Shown here one piece after another: positions 51,744 through 64,000 of a stretch of 64,000 bases of DNA. The position numbers were made by a program, and so were the translations under genes. Position 1 is the first letter of the stretch; every line of letters begins with the position of its first letter. Source of the stretch: Escherichia coli (GTDB lineage: Bacteria > Pseudomonadota > Gammaproteobacteria > Enterobacterales > Enterobacteriaceae); assembly GCF_965641715.1 (NCBI RefSeq), contig NZ_OZ282453.1, one strand, 5' to 3'. Under the pieces are notes generated by a model. It did not search any database, was not told the origin of the DNA, and saw nothing but the letters and a program-made list of their open reading frames with translations.

Positions 51744-53105
51744 ATGAAACTAAAGACCACATTGTTCGGCAATGTATATCAGTTTAAGGATGTAAAAGAG
51801 GTGCTGGCTAAAGCCAACGAACTGCGTTCGGGGGATGTGCTGGCGGGCGTCGCAGCGGCAAGCTCACAGGAGCGCGTGGCGGCAAAGCAGGTGTTGTCGG
51901 AAATGACCGTAGCGGACATCCGCAATAATCCGGTGATTGCCTATGAAGATGACTGCGTGACGCGGCTGATTCAGGACGATGTTAACGAAACGGCCTACAA
52001 CCAGATTAAAAACTGGAGCATCAGCGAACTGCGTGAGTATGTGCTGAGCGATGAAACCAGCGTGGACGACATTGCCTTTACCCGCAAAGGGCTGACCTCG
52101 GAAGTGGTCGCGGCGGTAGCGAAGATTTGCTCCAACGCGGACCTGATCTACGGCGCGAAGAAAATGCCGGTAATCAAAAAGGCCAATACCACCATCGGTA
52201 TTCCGGGCACCTTTAGCGCCCGTTTGCAGCCAAATGACACCCGTGACGACGTGCAAAGTATCGCCGCGCAAATCTACGAAGGGCTTTCCTTCGGGGTGGG
52301 CGATGCGGTGATCGGCGTCAACCCGGTAACTGACGATGTGGAAAACTTAAGCCGCGTGCTGGATACCATTTATGGCGTGATCGACAAATTCAACATCCCA
52401 ACTCAGGGCTGCGTACTGGCGCACGTCACCACCCAGATCGAAGCGATTCGTCGCGGCGCGCCTGGCGGACTGATTTTCCAGAGTATCTGTGGCAGCGAAA
52501 AAGGGCTGAAAGAGTTTGGCGTGGAACTGGCGATGCTCGACGAAGCGCGCGCAGTGGGCGCAGAGTTCAACCGTATCGCCGGGGAAAACTGCCTCTACTT
52601 CGAAACCGGACAAGGCTCTGCGCTATCCGCTGGCGCTAACTTCGGCGCTGACCAGGTGACGATGGAAGCACGTAACTATGGGCTGGCGCGTCATTACGAT
52701 CCGTTTATCGTCAACACCGTGGTCGGTTTTATTGGGCCGGAGTATCTCTACAACGACCGCCAGATTATCCGTGCTGGCTTAGAAGATCACTTTATGGGCA
52801 AGCTGAGCGGCATCTCTATGGGCTGTGACTGCTGTTACACCAACCACGCTGACGCTGACCAGAACCTCAACGAAAACCTGATGATCCTGCTCGCCACCGC
52901 AGGCTGCAACTACATCATGGGGATGCCGTTGGGCGATGACATCATGCTCAACTACCAGACCACCGCCTTCCACGACACTGCCACTGTGCGTCAGTTACTC
53001 AACCTGCGCCCGTCACCGGAGTTTGAACGCTGGCTGGAAAGCATGGGCATTATGGCAAACGGTCGCCTGACCAAACGGGCGGGCGATCCGTCACTGTTCT
53101 TCTGA
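51744..53105 (+). CDS. eutB: Ethanolamine ammonia-lyase large subunit EutB
   Basis: ORF 51702..53105 (GTG-initiated frame). Start MKLKTTLFGNVYQFKDV with SD GAGGGAA gives 453 aa. Confidence 0.9.
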   Translation: MKLKTTLFGNVYQFKDVKEVLAKANELRSGDVLAGVAAASSQERVAAKQVLSEMTVADIRNNPVIAYEDDCVTRLIQDDVNETAYNQIKNWSISELREYVLSDETSVDDIAFTRKGLTSEVVAAVAKICSNADLIYGAKKMPVIKKANTTIGIPGTFSARLQPNDTRDDVQSIAAQIYEGLSFGVGDAVIGVNPVTDDVENLSRVLDTIYGVIDKFNIPTQGCVLAHVTTQIEAIRRGAPGGLIFQSICGSEKGLKEFGVELAMLDEARAVGAEFNRIAGENCLYFETGQGSALSAGANFGADQVTMEARNYGLARHYDPFIVNTVVGFIGPEYLYNDRQIIRAGLEDHFMGKLSGISMGCDCCYTNHADADQNLNENLMILLATAGCNYIMGMPLGDDIMLNYQTTAFHDTATVRQLLNLRPSPEFERWLESMGIMANGRLTKRAGDPSLFF

Positions 53106-53125
53106 TGACGCGGAGATAACACATC

Positions 53126-54013
53126 ATGGATCAAAAACAGATTGAAGAAATTGTACGCAGCGTGATGGCGTCAATGGGACAAGTGGCCCCCGCGCCGTCA
53201 GAAGCAAAGTGCGCCACCACCAACTGTGCGGCACCGGTGACCTCGGAAAGCTGCGCGCTGGATTTAGGTTCTGCGGAAGCAAAAGCGTGGATTGGTGTTG
53301 AAAACCCACATCGTGCGGATGTGTTAACAGAACTGCGTCGCAGCACCGTGGCCCGCGTTTGTACCGGTCGTGCCGGTCCGCGTCCGCGTACCCAGGCGCT
53401 GCTGCGTTTCCTGGCCGATCACTCTCGTTCGAAAGATACCGTACTTAAAGAAGTGCCGGAAGAGTGGGTGAAAGCGCAGGGCTTGCTGGAAGTACGCTCT
53501 GAAATTAGCGACAAAAATCTCTACCTGACTCGCCCGGATATGGGCCGCCGCCTGTGTGCAGAAGCTGTTGAAGCGCTGAAAGCGCAGTGTGTTGCCAATC
53601 CGGACGTGCAGGTCGTTATTTCTGATGGCCTGTCAACTGATGCCATCACTGTGAACTACGAAGAGATCCTGCCACCGCTGATGGCGGGCCTGAAACAGGC
53701 CGGGCTGAAAGTCGGTACACCATTCTTTGTTCGTTATGGTCGCGTGAAGATTGAAGATCAGATCGGTGAGATCCTCGGCGCGAAAGTGGTGATCCTGCTG
53801 GTGGGGGAACGTCCGGGGTTAGGGCAGTCAGAAAGCCTCTCCTGCTACGCCGTTTACTCGCCGCGTATGGCGACCACCGTTGAGGCCGATCGCACCTGCA
53901 TCTCTAACATTCACCAGGGCGGCACGCCGCCGGTTGAAGCCGCAGCCGTCATTGTGGATTTGGCGAAACGTATGCTGGAGCAGAAAGCATCCGGCATCAA
54001 CATGACCCGATAA
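53126..54013 (+). CDS. eutC: Ethanolamine ammonia-lyase small subunit EutC
   Basis: 295-aa ORF. Matches EutC. Confidence 0.9.
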   Translation: MDQKQIEEIVRSVMASMGQVAPAPSEAKCATTNCAAPVTSESCALDLGSAEAKAWIGVENPHRADVLTELRRSTVARVCTGRAGPRPRTQALLRFLADHSRSKDTVLKEVPEEWVKAQGLLEVRSEISDKNLYLTRPDMGRRLCAEAVEALKAQCVANPDVQVVISDGLSTDAITVNYEEILPPLMAGLKQAGLKVGTPFFVRYGRVKIEDQIGEILGAKVVILLVGERPGLGQSESLSCYAVYSPRMATTVEADRTCISNIHQGGTPPVEAAAVIVDLAKRMLEQKASGINMTR

Positions 54014-54022
54014 GGAGGCATC

Positions 54023-54682
54023 ATGCCAGCTTTAGATTTGATTCGACCGTCGGTAACCGCCATGCGGGTGATTGCCTCCGTTAACGCCGAATTTGCGCGT
54101 GAACTGAAATTGCCGCCGCATATTCGTAGCCTCGGGCTGATTTCTGCTGATTCCGATGACGTCACCTACATTGCCGCTGATGAAGCGACCAAGCAGGCGA
54201 TGGTGGAAGTTGTGTATGGCCGCTCGCTGTATGCGGGCGCTGCACACGGCCCGTCACCGACTGCCGGTGAAGTGCTGATTATGCTTGGTGGGCCAAACCC
54301 GGCGGAAGTGCGTGCAGGTCTGGATGCAATGGTTGCGCATATTGAAAATGGCGCTGCTTTCCAGTGGGCTAATGATGCGCAAGATACGGCATTCCTGGCA
54401 CATGTAGTTTCGCGTACCGGTTCTTATCTCTCATCAACCGCCGGGATCACGCTTGGCGATCCGATGGCGTATCTGGTGGCACCGCCGCTGGAAGCGACCT
54501 ACGGCATTGATGCAGCGTTGAAATCTGCCGACGTACAGCTGGTGACCTATGTCCCGCCACCGTCTGAAACTAACTACTCGGCAGCATTTTTAACCGGTAG
54601 CCAGGCAGCGTGTAAAGCGGCCTGTAACGCCTTTACCGATGCAGTGCTGGAAATCGCGCGTAATCCAATCCAGCGTGCGTAA
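54023..54682 (+). CDS. eutL: BMC-T shell protein EutL
   Basis: 219-aa tandem-BMC-domain ORF. Confidence 0.9.
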   Translation: MPALDLIRPSVTAMRVIASVNAEFARELKLPPHIRSLGLISADSDDVTYIAADEATKQAMVEVVYGRSLYAGAAHGPSPTAGEVLIMLGGPNPAEVRAGLDAMVAHIENGAAFQWANDAQDTAFLAHVVSRTGSYLSSTAGITLGDPMAYLVAPPLEATYGIDAALKSADVQLVTYVPPPSETNYSAAFLTGSQAACKAACNAFTDAVLEIARNPIQRA

Positions 54683-54694
54683 TGGAGGTTGCCG

Positions 54695-55195
54695 ATGATC
54701 AATGCACTGGGATTGCTGGAAGTGGACGGCATGGTCGCTGCGATAGATGCAGCGGATGCCATGCTCAAAGCAGCTAACGTTCGTCTGCTCAGTCACGAAG
54801 TGCTTGACCCTGGTCGCTTAACGCTGGTGGTGGAAGGCGATCTGGCGGCGTGTCGTGCTGCGCTGGACGCAGGTTGTGCTGCCGCGATGCGTACCGGGCG
54901 TGTCATCAGCCGTAAGGAGATCGGTCGGCCAGACGATGACACCCAGTGGCTGGTTACTGGCTTTAACCGCCAGCCGAAGCAACCCGTAAAGGAACCCGAC
55001 GCGCCAGTTATCGTCGTGGAATCTGCTGACGAGTTGTTGGCGCTGTTAACATCAGTACGTCAGGGAATGACGGCAGGAGAAGTGGCTGCCCACTTTGGCT
55101 GGCCGCTGGAAAAAGCCAGAAATGCGCTCGAACAGCTCTTTTCTGCCGGGACGTTACGTAAACGCAGTAGTCGTTACCGTCTCAAGCCCCATTAA
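54695..55195 (+). CDS. eutK: BMC shell protein EutK (BMC domain plus C-terminal HTH-like extension)
   Basis: MINALGLLEVDGMVAAIDAADAMLKAANV..., 166 aa. Confidence 0.9.
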   Translation: MINALGLLEVDGMVAAIDAADAMLKAANVRLLSHEVLDPGRLTLVVEGDLAACRAALDAGCAAAMRTGRVISRKEIGRPDDDTQWLVTGFNRQPKQPVKEPDAPVIVVESADELLALLTSVRQGMTAGEVAAHFGWPLEKARNALEQLFSAGTLRKRSSRYRLKPH

Positions 55196-55240
55196 CCTGT
55201 CGGAGGTGCCGGGTGTCCTACAACACCCGGCATTAACATC

Positions 55241-56293
55241 ATGAAAAAGACCCGTACAGCCAATTTGCACCATCTTTATCATGAACCCTTACCCGAAAAC
55301 CTGAAGCTCACGCCGAAGGTCGAAGTGGATAATGTTCATCAACGACAGACAACGGATGTCTATGAACATGCTTTGACAATTACCGCCTGGCAGCAGATTT
55401 ACGATCAGCTGCATCCGGGCAAGTTTCATGGTGAATTTACGGAAATTCTACTCGATGATATTCAGGTTTTTCGTGAATACACCGGTCTGGCGCTGCGTCA
55501 GTCGTGCCTGGTCTGGCCGAACTCGTTCTGGTTTGGCATTCCGGCGACGCGCGGTGAGCAGGGATTTATCGGTTCGCAATGTCTGGGAAGCGCAGAAATT
55601 GCGACGCGCCCGGGTGGAACCGAGTTTGAATTAAGTACGCCGGACGATTACACGATCCTGGGCGTAGTGCTTTCTGAAGATGTCATCACTCGTCAGGCTA
55701 ACTTTTTGCATAATCCGGATCGGGTATTACATATGCTGCGTAGCCAGTCGGCGCTGGAAGTGAAAGAGCAGCATAAAGCCGCTCTGTGGGGCTTTGTCCA
55801 ACAGGCGCTGGCGACATTTTGCGAGAACCCGGAAAATCTTCATCAGCCTGCTGTGCGTAAAGTGCTGGGGGATAATTTGCTCATGGCGATGGGGGCGATG
55901 CTGGAAGAAGCGCAGCCAATGGTGACGGCGGAAAGCATCAGTCATCAGAGTTACCGTCGATTGCTTTCCCGCGCCCGTGAATATGTGCTGGAAAACATGT
56001 CCGAACCAGTGACGGTGCTGGAGTTGTGCAATCAATTGCACGTCAGCCGCCGCACGCTACAAAACGCATTTCACGCCATTTTGGGCATTGGTCCGAACGC
56101 GTGGCTGAAACGTATTCGCCTGAACGCCGTGCGCCGCGAATTGATAAGTCCGTGGTCACAAAGCACAACGGTAAAAGACGCCGCCATGCAGTGGGGATTC
56201 TGGCATCTTGGGCAATTTGCCACGGATTATCAGCAACTGTTTGCCGAGAAGCCGTCACTGACGCTGCATCAGCGGATGCGGGAGTGGGGGTGA
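55241..56293 (+). CDS. eutR: AraC-family activator of the eut operon EutR
   Basis: 350-aa ORF with a C-terminal AraC HTH (…[20 protein letters not shown]…). Confidence 0.9.
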   Translation: MKKTRTANLHHLYHEPLPENLKLTPKVEVDNVHQRQTTDVYEHALTITAWQQIYDQLHPGKFHGEFTEILLDDIQVFREYTGLALRQSCLVWPNSFWFGIPATRGEQGFIGSQCLGSAEIATRPGGTEFELSTPDDYTILGVVLSEDVITRQANFLHNPDRVLHMLRSQSALEVKEQHKAALWGFVQQALATFCENPENLHQPAVRKVLGDNLLMAMGAMLEEAQPMVTAESISHQSYRRLLSRAREYVLENMSEPVTVLELCNQLHVSRRTLQNAFHAILGIGPNAWLKRIRLNAVRRELISPWSQSTTVKDAAMQWGFWHLGQFATDYQQLFAEKPSLTLHQRMREWG

Positions 56294-56298
56294 GGGAG

Positions 56299-57201
<903 letters not shown>

Positions 57202-58071
57202 TTACCGCTTTCTCGAGTGTGCTTTCTGGTTGTCAAACCAGTGGAAATAACTGATCACGCCTTCGGCAATCGCTGTGGCGATTTTCTGGCGAAACGCCGC
57301 CGTGCCTAACAGCCGCTCTTCTTCCGGGTTGGTGATAAACGAGGTTTCCACCAGCACCGACGGAACCGACGGCGATTTCAACACCACAAACGCGGCTTGT
57401 TCGGTGTTGCGGCTGTGCAGTTTATGCACCGGCTTAATCTTTTTCAGAATATGCGAGCCGAGCGTCAGGCTGTTTTTAATAGTATCGGTTTGCACCAGAT
57501 CAAACAGCACTTGCTGCAATAGGTGATCCTTGTCAGTCGCCTTTTTACCGGCAACTTCATCGGCGCGGTTTTCGCGTTCAGACAGGTATTTCGCCATTGC
57601 GCTACTTGCCCCACGGTTAGAGAGGGCAAATACCGAAGCACCGGCAGCTTTCGGGTTGGTAAAGCCATCGGCATGAATTGACATAAACAGATCTGCGCCA
57701 TGTTTATGGGCGATTTCAACGCGATCGTAAAGTGGGATAAACGTATCGCCAGAACGCGTTAAACGCGCATCAATCCCATGATTACGCAAAATGGAACGGA
57801 CGTTTTTAGCAATCGCCAGCACCACATGTTTTTCTTTCGAACCGTTGCGTCCGATCGCTCCGGTATCAATTCCGCCGTGGCCTGGATCGAGAACAACGAC
57901 ACGTTTGCCGCCAGATTTTTTGGCTTTCGGCTTGCTGTGTCCGTTGCTGGTTTTTAAAGGTTCGTCTTTGGCGATGGCTTGCGACATTCCTGACAACGTC
58001 AGGGCAGCCAAACCGGCTTTCAGCACCTGGCGGCGCGAAGTGAGTGTTTTTAGTGGTTTAAAAGTGCTCAT
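57202..58071 (-). CDS. amiA: N-acetylmuramoyl-L-alanine amidase AmiA (Tat signal)
   Basis: 289 aa with a twin-arginine signal (SRRQVLKAGLA) and an amidase_3 domain. Starts 4 bp after the hemF start (amiA-hemF operon). Confidence 0.9.
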   Translation of the reverse strand: MSTFKPLKTLTSRRQVLKAGLAALTLSGMSQAIAKDEPLKTSNGHSKPKAKKSGGKRVVVLDPGHGGIDTGAIGRNGSKEKHVVLAIAKNVRSILRNHGIDARLTRSGDTFIPLYDRVEIAHKHGADLFMSIHADGFTNPKAAGASVFALSNRGASSAMAKYLSERENRADEVAGKKATDKDHLLQQVLFDLVQTDTIKNSLTLGSHILKKIKPVHKLHSRNTEQAAFVVLKSPSVPSVLVETSFITNPEEERLLGTAAFRQKIATAIAEGVISYFHWFDNQKAHSRKR

Positions 58072-58284
58072 ACGGCCTGAGTTGTAATAATAAAGTTCCA
58101 GATGTTATATCGTATCGCGTAATCCGTTACGACGGTTTGATGTTGAGAATTGTTTTACTTTTCATTTCAATAGTTGACAACTCCCCATTATGCCACTTTT
58201 TCAACCGATTTTCGTCAGATATTGGCTAATTCGACCGTTCACGCCATAATCAGCCTTTTAACCCGCAAAAAGGTAACGAATACC

Positions 58285-58710
58285 ATGGAGATACGCGTAT
58301 TTCGCCAGGAAGATTTCGAAGAGGTCATCACCCTTTGGGAGCGTTGCGACTTGCTGCGTCCGTGGAACGATCCGGAAATGGACATCGAGCGTAAGATGAA
58401 CCATGACGTCAGTTTGTTTTTGGTCGCTGAGGTAAACGGTGAAGTGGTCGGAACGGTGATGGGCGGTTATGACGGGCATCGCGGGTCTGCTTATTATCTT
58501 GGCGTGCATCCAGAGTTTCGTGGGCGTGGGATTGCCAATGCGTTGCTTAATCGGCTGGAGAAAAAGCTGATTGCTCGTGGCTGCCCGAAAATTCAGATCA
58601 ATGTGCCGGAAGATAACGACATGGTGCTCGGAATGTATGAACGCCTGGGATATGAACACGCCGACGTGCTGAGTCTGGGTAAGCGTTTGATTGAAGATGA
58701 AGAGTACTGA
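58285..58710 (+). CDS. ypeA: GNAT acetyltransferase YpeA
   Basis: [21 protein letters not shown]..., 141 aa, inside ORF 58174..58710. Confidence 0.85.
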
Positions 58711-59146
58711 GTTCCATCCTGTCCATTATGATGCGCACGGACGCCTGCGTTTACCCTTGCTCTTCTGGCTTGTGCTATTGCTTCAGGCGCGAACCTGGGT
58801 GCTGTTTGTCATTGCCGGTGCGTCGCGCGAGCAGGGTACTGCGCTGCTAAATCTGTTTTATCCCGATCACGATAATTTCTGGCTGGGGCTGATTCCAGGC
58901 ATTCCGGCGGTGCTGGCGTTTTTGTTGAGCGGTCGGCGGGCTACATTTCCTCGCACTTGGCATGTGCTCTATTTTCTGTTGCTGTTGGCGCAGGTGGTTT
59001 TACTTTGCTGGCAACCGTGGCTGTGGCTGAACGGTGAATCCGTTAGCGGTATCGGTCTGGCGCTGGTAGTGGCGGATATTGTGGCGTTAATCTGGCTGCT
59101 GACCAATCGACGTTTACGCGCTTGTTTTAATGAAGAAAAAGAATAA
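58697..59146 (+). CDS. yfeZ: Inner-membrane protein YfeZ (DUF2919)
   Basis: 149 aa from [29 protein letters not shown]. Overlaps the ypeA end. Confidence 0.85.
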
Positions 59147-59164
59147 CGCAGAGGTGCGCTTTGT

Positions 59165-59270
59165 TTATGCCGGATGCGGCGTGAACGCCTTATCCGGCCT
59201 ACAAAACATCGAAAATTCAATATATTGCAGGAGAAAGTAGGCCTGATAAGCGTAGCGCATCAGGCAATTT
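59165..59270. repeat. REP elements in the yfeZ-yfeY intergenic region
   Basis: gccggatgcggcgtgaacgccttatccggcctac ... aggcctgataagcgtagcgcatcaggc. Confidence 0.7.
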
Positions 59271-59352
59271 TGTGTTTGTCATCAACCTTTAACGGCACTT
59301 TTTGGTGAATTTGCACTCCAAGCAACGTTATTGAATAACCAAAGGAAGTGAC

Positions 59353-59928
59353 ATGAAATCGCTGCGTTTAATGTTATGCGCTATGCCGTTGATGCTGACC
59401 GGCTGTTCCACGATGTCGTCAGTTAACTGGTCGGCCGCTAACCCGTGGAACTGGTTTGGGTCGTCCACCAAAGTGAGCGAGCAGGGCGTGGGTGAATTAA
59501 CGGCGTCCACACCACTGCAAGAACAAGCCATTGCTGATGCGCTTGATGGCGATTATCGCCTGCGCAGCGGAATGAAAACCGCGAACGGCAACGTGGTGCG
59601 CTTTTTTGAAGTGATGAAAGGCGACAACGTGGCGATGGTGATTAACGGTGATCAGGGCACGATCAGCCGCATTGATGTGCTGGATAGCGATATTCCAGCT
59701 GACACCGGTGTTAAAATCGGTACACCGTTTAGCGGCCTTTACAGCAAAGCATTTGGCAATTGCCAAAAAGCCGACGGTGATGATAATCGTGCTGTCGAAT
59801 GTAAAGCCGAAGGCAGTCAACATATTAGCTACCAGTTCAGCGGGGAATGGAGTGGCCCTGAAGGGTTAATGCCTTCGGACGATACCCTGAAAAACTGGAA
59901 AGTCAGTAAAATTATCTGGCGGCGTTAA
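59353..59928 (+). CDS. yfeY: Lipoprotein YfeY (RpoE-regulated)
   Basis: 191 aa with a lipobox (LMLTGCS). Confidence 0.85.
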   Translation: MKSLRLMLCAMPLMLTGCSTMSSVNWSAANPWNWFGSSTKVSEQGVGELTASTPLQEQAIADALDGDYRLRSGMKTANGNVVRFFEVMKGDNVAMVINGDQGTISRIDVLDSDIPADTGVKIGTPFSGLYSKAFGNCQKADGDDNRAVECKAEGSQHISYQFSGEWSGPEGLMPSDDTLKNWKVSKIIWRR

Positions 59929-59939
59929 TTTGCGTCTGA

Positions 59940-60923
<984 letters not shown>

Positions 60924-60943
60924 GCGTTTCTGATTCATTGATT

Positions 60944-60979
60944 AAAGGCCAGCCAGTAACACAACTGACTGGCCTTTTT
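60944..60979. terminator. Bidirectional rho-independent terminator between convergent yfeX and yfeW
   Basis: aaaGGCCAGcCAGTaacacaACTGaCTGGCCttttt. Confidence 0.5.
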
Positions 60980-60980
60980 A

Positions 60981-62285
60981 TTACTGCTTTAACGCCGCAT
61001 ACACTTGATCAACTACCCAACCATAAGTTGCAATCGGCAACTGACCGCTTTCGAACATATTGGGATTTTTGTGTGGATCGGCAACTGGCGAATGTGGCTT
61101 GTTGCTTAACATCACAATCGCCATATGATTCACCGGATCGATAACGGTCACCGTCCCGGTCCAGCCAGTGTGACCGTAGGTTTGCGGGCTTGCCAGCGTG
61201 CCAAACGTCGGCGTCATGGTGGCATTACCATTCACGCGCCAGCCAAGGCCAAAAGTGGCATCTTCCTTAGAGCTGGTGGTGAACATCTTCACCGTTTCCG
61301 CACTGAACAGCTGCACATCACCATAGCCACCGCCGTTCAGCATCGTTTGCATTAACACCGCAATATCGCCGGTATTGGAAAACAAACCTGCGTGCCCGGA
61401 AACACCGCCCATCGAATAAAAGGCTTTTTCATCGTGCACCTGACCCCAGAGAGTGGAGGTGCGGATATTCGGGAAATGGATCACGCCATCGCGGGTATTG
61501 CCGTTCAGTTCCGTGGCGGCAATTTGCTGTGGTTTAAAGCCTTTCAGCAGCGGATTAAATACCGTGTGCGTCAGGCCGAGCGGGCGATAAATCGACTCTT
61601 CAACATAGCGGTCAAGTGGCTGACCGGTAACCGACTCGACGATAAATCCAAGCAGCATATAATCGACATCGCTGTAGATATGCTTGCTGCCGGGCTGATA
61701 CTCCAGCGGCGTGCGCTTGATCATCTCCAGCGTCTGGCCTTTATCCTGGGAATATAACGCGCCCGCGACCGCTTTATTCGGATATTGTGGGTCCGCCGGG
61801 AAACCGCCGCTGTGATGCAGCAGATCAGAAATCCGCAACGTGTTTTTGCCTTTAATGGTGTCATTTGGGTTATCGGCAAATCCCGGAATATATTTCGCAA
61901 TCCGATCGTCAGGATGCAGCTTGCCTTCGCTCATTAGCTTTTGCAGAGCAAAGTTAGTGGCGTACATTTTGGTGTTTGAGGCCAGATCATACAGCGTCCC
62001 GGTGGTGGCTTTTACAGGCTGCGCCATTAACGTGCTGCCATCGTACTTTTTCGCCGCGCCCCAGGCTTTGCGATAAACAATCTGATTATCTTTTATAATC
62101 AGCAGGTTTACGCCGGGATAACCGGCGTCCACTTGCTGGCTTATCCAGCGATCCATCTGATTAAGCCGTTCGACGTTAAACCCTGCTTTCTCTGGCGAAC
62201 TTTCTGTCAGAACAGGGTATTTTGCGGCGCTGACGCTACAGCTGACAGCCAGCAGAGAAAGATAGAGCATTGTCCGTTTCATATT
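60981..62285 (-). CDS. yfeW: Penicillin-binding protein 4B / class C beta-lactamase-like protein YfeW
   Basis: ORF 60981..62369. Start MKRTMLYLSLLAVSCSVSA gives 434 aa. Start overlaps the murP stop. Confidence 0.85.
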   Translation of the reverse strand, partial: NMKRTMLYLSLLAVSCSVSAAKYPVLTESSPEKAGFNVERLNQMDRWISQQVDAGYPGVNLLIIKDNQIVYRKAWGAAKKYDGSTLMAQPVKATTGTLYDLASNTKMYATNFALQKLMSEGKLHPDDRIAKYIPGFADNPNDTIKGKNTLRISDLLHHSGGFPADPQYPNKAVAGALYSQDKGQTLEMIKRTPLEYQPGSKHIYSDVDYMLLGFIVESVTGQPLDRYVEESIYRPLGLTHTVFNPLLKGFKPQQIAATELNGNTRDGVIHFPNIRTSTLWGQVHDEKAFYSMGGVSGHAGLFSNTGDIAVLMQTMLNGGGYGDVQLFSAETVKMFTTSSKEDATFGLGWRVNGNATMTPTFGTLASPQTYGHTGWTGTVTVIDPVNHMAIVMLSNKPHSPVADPHKNPNMFESGQLPIATYGWVVDQVYAALKQ

Positions 62286-62286
62286 A

Positions 62287-63711
<1,425 letters not shown>

Positions 63712-63714
63712 GGG

Positions 63715-64000
63715 TTATTCCTTGTCTAAAACCTGACGAATAAAGCCGCCGTGTTGATCCAGGCGTTTTTTAGCTTCTGCGGCATCGAGATTTTTCAGCA
63801 CCATCACAATGGCCGTTTTACAGTTGCGCTCGCAGGCAATTAACGCTGTTTCCGCTTGTTCGGCATTACATCCGGTGGCGTTTTTAACGATATTGACCTG
63901 GCGCACATGCAGTTTTTCGTTGGTGGCGACCACATCGACCATCAGGTTGCCGAACACTTTGCCGGATTTAATCATCAGCCCGGTGGAGAGCATATTGAGC
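63715..64000 (-). CDS. murQ: N-acetylmuramic acid 6-phosphate etherase MurQ, C-terminal part (start beyond window end)
   Basis: SIS-domain C-terminus. Immediately upstream of murP in the murQP operon. Confidence 0.8.
   Translation of the reverse strand, partial: LNMLSTGLMIKSGKVFGNLMVDVVATNEKLHVRQVNIVKNATGCNAEQAETALIACERNCKTAIVMVLKNLDAAEAKKRLDQHGGFIRQVLDKE

Overview
The window is an Escherichia coli K-12-type chromosomal segment, recognised from protein-level identity of almost every ORF to known E. coli genes. The map relative to K-12 appears to be in the reverse orientation. It runs hyfD'-hyfC-hyfB-hyfA, bcp, gcvR, dapA-bamC, purC, ypfJ, tmcA, ypfH, ypfN, dapE, yffB, ypfM, acrD, narQ, aegA, nudK, ypfG, tktB-talA, maeB, then the ethanolamine-utilisation (eut) microcompartment operon eutSPQTDMNEJGHA. 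The operon is split between eutA and eutB by an 11.2-kb integrative element, and resumes as eutBCLK-eutR, followed by hemF, amiA, ypeA, yfeZ, yfeY, yfeX, yfeW-murP-murQ'. The only accessory DNA is that element (about 40533-51732). It is bounded by 19-bp imperfect direct repeats that rebuild the 3' end of eutA. All 11 of its ORFs lie on the minus strand: a tyrosine integrase, a winged-HTH replication-initiator-like protein followed by five 22-bp iterons and an AT-rich tract, an AlpA-family regulator, several small hypotheticals, an orphan 788-aa tape-measure-like coiled-coil protein with no neighbouring tail genes, and a three-gene cargo module at the attL end. That module is a membrane-anchored protein, an XRE-HTH regulator and a coiled-coil protein. 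Each has its own rho-independent terminator, and an inverted-repeat operator ATCYCCCA-N15-TGGGAGAT (Y = C or T) recurs upstream of each gene. Other features are a 1.3-kb ORF-free tract next to the iterons, tandem CCGGTAT heptamers, a possible plus-strand sRNA, REP/BIME repeats in five intergenic regions, a candidate sigma-54 promoter for hyf, and the 19-codon ypfM micro-ORF that the ORF track misses. All K-12 background genes have expected lengths and spacings, so the hunt effort is concentrated on the integrative element. The claim that it differs from the reference CPZ-55 prophage rests on memory, not on a search, and must be checked.
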